A stretch of 45,013 nt of DNA from a bacterium (GTDB taxonomy: Bacteria; Verrucomicrobiota; Verrucomicrobiia; Opitutales; Opitutaceae), in the NCBI GenBank assembly GCA_021782105.1, contig JAJXVO010000001.1, forward strand, positions 1 to 45,013, read 5' to 3'. Position numbers and translations under genes: made by a program. Under the pieces are notes generated by a model. The model was not told the origin of the DNA and ran no database searches. It worked only from the letters and a program-made list of their open reading frames with translations. Of the stretch, positions 43,480 to 45,013 are shown piece after piece. Within the stretch, counting starts at the first letter, position 1; each line of letters begins with the position of its first letter.

Positions 43480-45013
43480 CTAGTGGAAGATTCCCTTTTT
43501 CTTCGCTGGGGCCTTGGGCTCGGGCACATAGGGATCGATCGACGTATCGCGATATCCTGGGAGATCGGACTTATGCAGGCGCGCCTCGCTCAGCTGCTTC
43601 GTGTCGAATACCTGTTCCGGCGATCCACCGTCGGCAGAAATGATCTTGGCGGTGATGAAGATGAGCAGGTTGGTTGTGGTGACGTTGGTCGACTTATTTG
43701 AGAACAGCCGGCCCAGCAACGGAATGTCGCCGAGAACAGGAACCTTGGTGGTCGTATTGTTCGTGTTTCGCTGCAGAAGCCCTCCCAGGCCCATCGTATA
43801 ACCATCTTTCAGGGAAACCTCGGTCGTGGCGGAACGGGTCGCGATGATCGGAATGCTCGCCCCTCCGGCTCCGCCAAAGTTAGTCACTCCATTCTGCTGG
43901 CTGACCTCGGGATGCACTGCGAGTTTGATGAAGCCGCGGGCATTGACCTGGGGCGTGACCCGCAGGATGACGCCGATATCCTGCCAATCGAAGCCGCTCA
44001 CCTCGAAGGTGCCGTGCTCCTGGTTATAGGTGTACTTCGGGATCGGGAATTTTTCGCCAACCGTGATCATCGCCTCCGTATTGTTCAGGGTGACGATCGT
44101 CGGATTGGAGACCACGCGGGTGCCCTGAAGGGTCGAGAGCGCATTGAGCACGAGGTCGAATTCGGACGCGGAAAACACGGCGCTCAGAGCCCGTGTCGTG
44201 GAGGTCGACCCAGTGAGAGACTGCAGGGCGTTGAGCGCACCGCTTACCTGATTGCTGCCGTCGCTGCTCGTGCCGGAAGTTGTGGTGTCGCTGACCACAT
44301 TGGCGGGCACGCCGTTGTTCGTTCCGATCGTGGTGGTGTTCGAGGTGCCTGCGTTCTGGCCTGTGTTGGCCGTGGTGTTGGTGGTCGACTGATTGCTGCC
44401 CGTATTTTGGACGCCCTGCTGCTGGGTTCGGTCGTAGGTGGCGAGCCCGTTTGCCCCGGGCGCCGCGCTCAGCTTATAACCGCCCAGCGAACTCCAGTTC
44501 ACACCGATATTCTTCACGTCGGAATCGGTGATCTCGACGAACTTCGACTCAATCATCACCTGGTCGGTCGCCTTGTCCAAGCTGTCGATGATGGACTTGA
44601 TGCGGTCCAGGCGCGAGGGTCGCTCGGTGACGACGAGGGCGTTGCTACGGGCGTCGATGACGATCCGGCCACCGGCGGCGGGGTCGACCAGTGAACCGAC
44701 GGTCGCCATGATGTCGGAGGCGCGCGCGTAGTTGAGGATGAAGACCCGGGTCTTGGTGGGTTCCTGCTGAAGACTCTCGTTGGACACGACCCGGATGATG
44801 TTGCCGTCTTCAACGAAGGTGTAGCCGACGGGGCTCAGGACCAGTTGGAAGATCTGCCTCCAGGTAACGTCACGCAGCTTGATCGTCGTCTTGCCCTGGA
44901 GGGTGTCCGGGATGACGAGATTGAGTTCAAAGAGATCGGCAACGCTGCGGAGGATGGTGCGGATGTCGGCGTCCGGGAAATCCACGGAGATGGTGCCCTT
45001 GCCCGTGCCAACG
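43480..45013 (-). CDS. Secretin (type II/III secretion or type IV pilus outer-membrane channel, GspD/PilQ family); the N-terminus lies beyond the window
   Basis: N-domain-like repeats (RVFILNYARASDIMATV, ALVVTERPSRLDRIKSIIDSLD) precede the secretin core VMIESKFVEITDSDVKNIGVNWS. The C-terminal hallmark is VPVLGDIPLLGRLFSNKSTNVTTTNLLIFITAKII. The frame stays open upstream of the track M (a GTG) to the window end. Confidence 0.85.
   Translation of the reverse strand, partial: VGTGKGTISVDFPDADIRTILRSVADLFELNLVIPDTLQGKTTIKLRDVTWRQIFQLVLSPVGYTFVEDGNIIRVVSNESLQQEPTKTRVFILNYARASDIMATVGSLVDPAAGGRIVIDARSNALVVTERPSRLDRIKSIIDSLDKATDQVMIESKFVEITDSDVKNIGVNWSSLGGYKLSAAPGANGLATYDRTQQQGVQNTGSNQSTTNTTANTGQNAGTSNTTTIGTNNGVPANVVSDTTTSGTSSDGSNQVSGALNALQSLTGSTSTTRALSAVFSASEFDLVLNALSTLQGTRVVSNPTIVTLNNTEAMITVGEKFPIPKYTYNQEHGTFEVSGFDWQDIGVILRVTPQVNARGFIKLAVHPEVSQQNGVTNFGGAGGASIPIIATRSATTEVSLKDGYTMGLGGLLQRNTNNTTTKVPVLGDIPLLGRLFSNKSTNVTTTNLLIFITAKIISADGGSPEQVFDTKQLSEARLHKSDLPGYRDTSIDPYVPEPKAPAKKKGIFH

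Overview
This is a 45 kb, high-GC, gene-dense chromosomal window. The gene content and protein style suggest a PVC-type or Verrucomicrobia/Opitutales-like organism, but I cannot verify that here. The long arginine/proline/glycine-rich ORFs lying opposite recognisable genes are high-GC artefacts. The track also converts TTG and GTG starts to M, so I re-picked several starts by reading the DNA.

Main content, in order:
- 1-4024 (minus strand): a partial MotA/TolQ/ExbB channel gene, three tRNAs (Gln-CUG, Thr-UGU, Lys-CUU), an Smr-domain gene, tatA, a small charged protein and comEC.
- 4141-5511: rarA.
- 5.5-17.8 kb: a glycan-degradation neighbourhood. It holds a PD40 beta-propeller protein, an unassigned secreted 612-aa protein, a GH78-like rhamnosidase, a GH5-like TIM barrel with an inserted CBM-like domain, a B12-binding radical SAM enzyme and a GH127 beta-L-arabinofuranosidase-type enzyme.
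- 17.9-31 kb: an esterase, an ABC1/UbiB kinase coupled to a small coiled-coil protein, an orphan family-5 solute-binding lipoprotein, gltA, hisD-hisC-hisB-hisH, a LolA-like protein and guaA.
- 31.8-41.0 kb: a glycan-assembly cluster. It holds a methyltransferase, a GT2, a roughly 1315-aa enzyme with three GT2 domains and a central coiled coil, a polytopic membrane protein and a second methyltransferase.
- 41.0-41.7 kb: a gene-decay scar containing a GH3 fragment.
- 41.7-45.0 kb: a MOSC-domain protein, a polyprenyl diphosphate synthase and a partial secretin.

I found no CRISPR array, transposase, integrase, phage gene or recognisable defence system.

The most interesting region is the glycan-assembly cluster. 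Three adjacent enzymes share a roughly 100-aa module that I cannot assign to a family. The giant enzyme looks like a possible built-in molecular ruler. No initiation, export or sugar-nucleotide genes are visible. All family calls rest on motifs read by eye, and no database search was possible.
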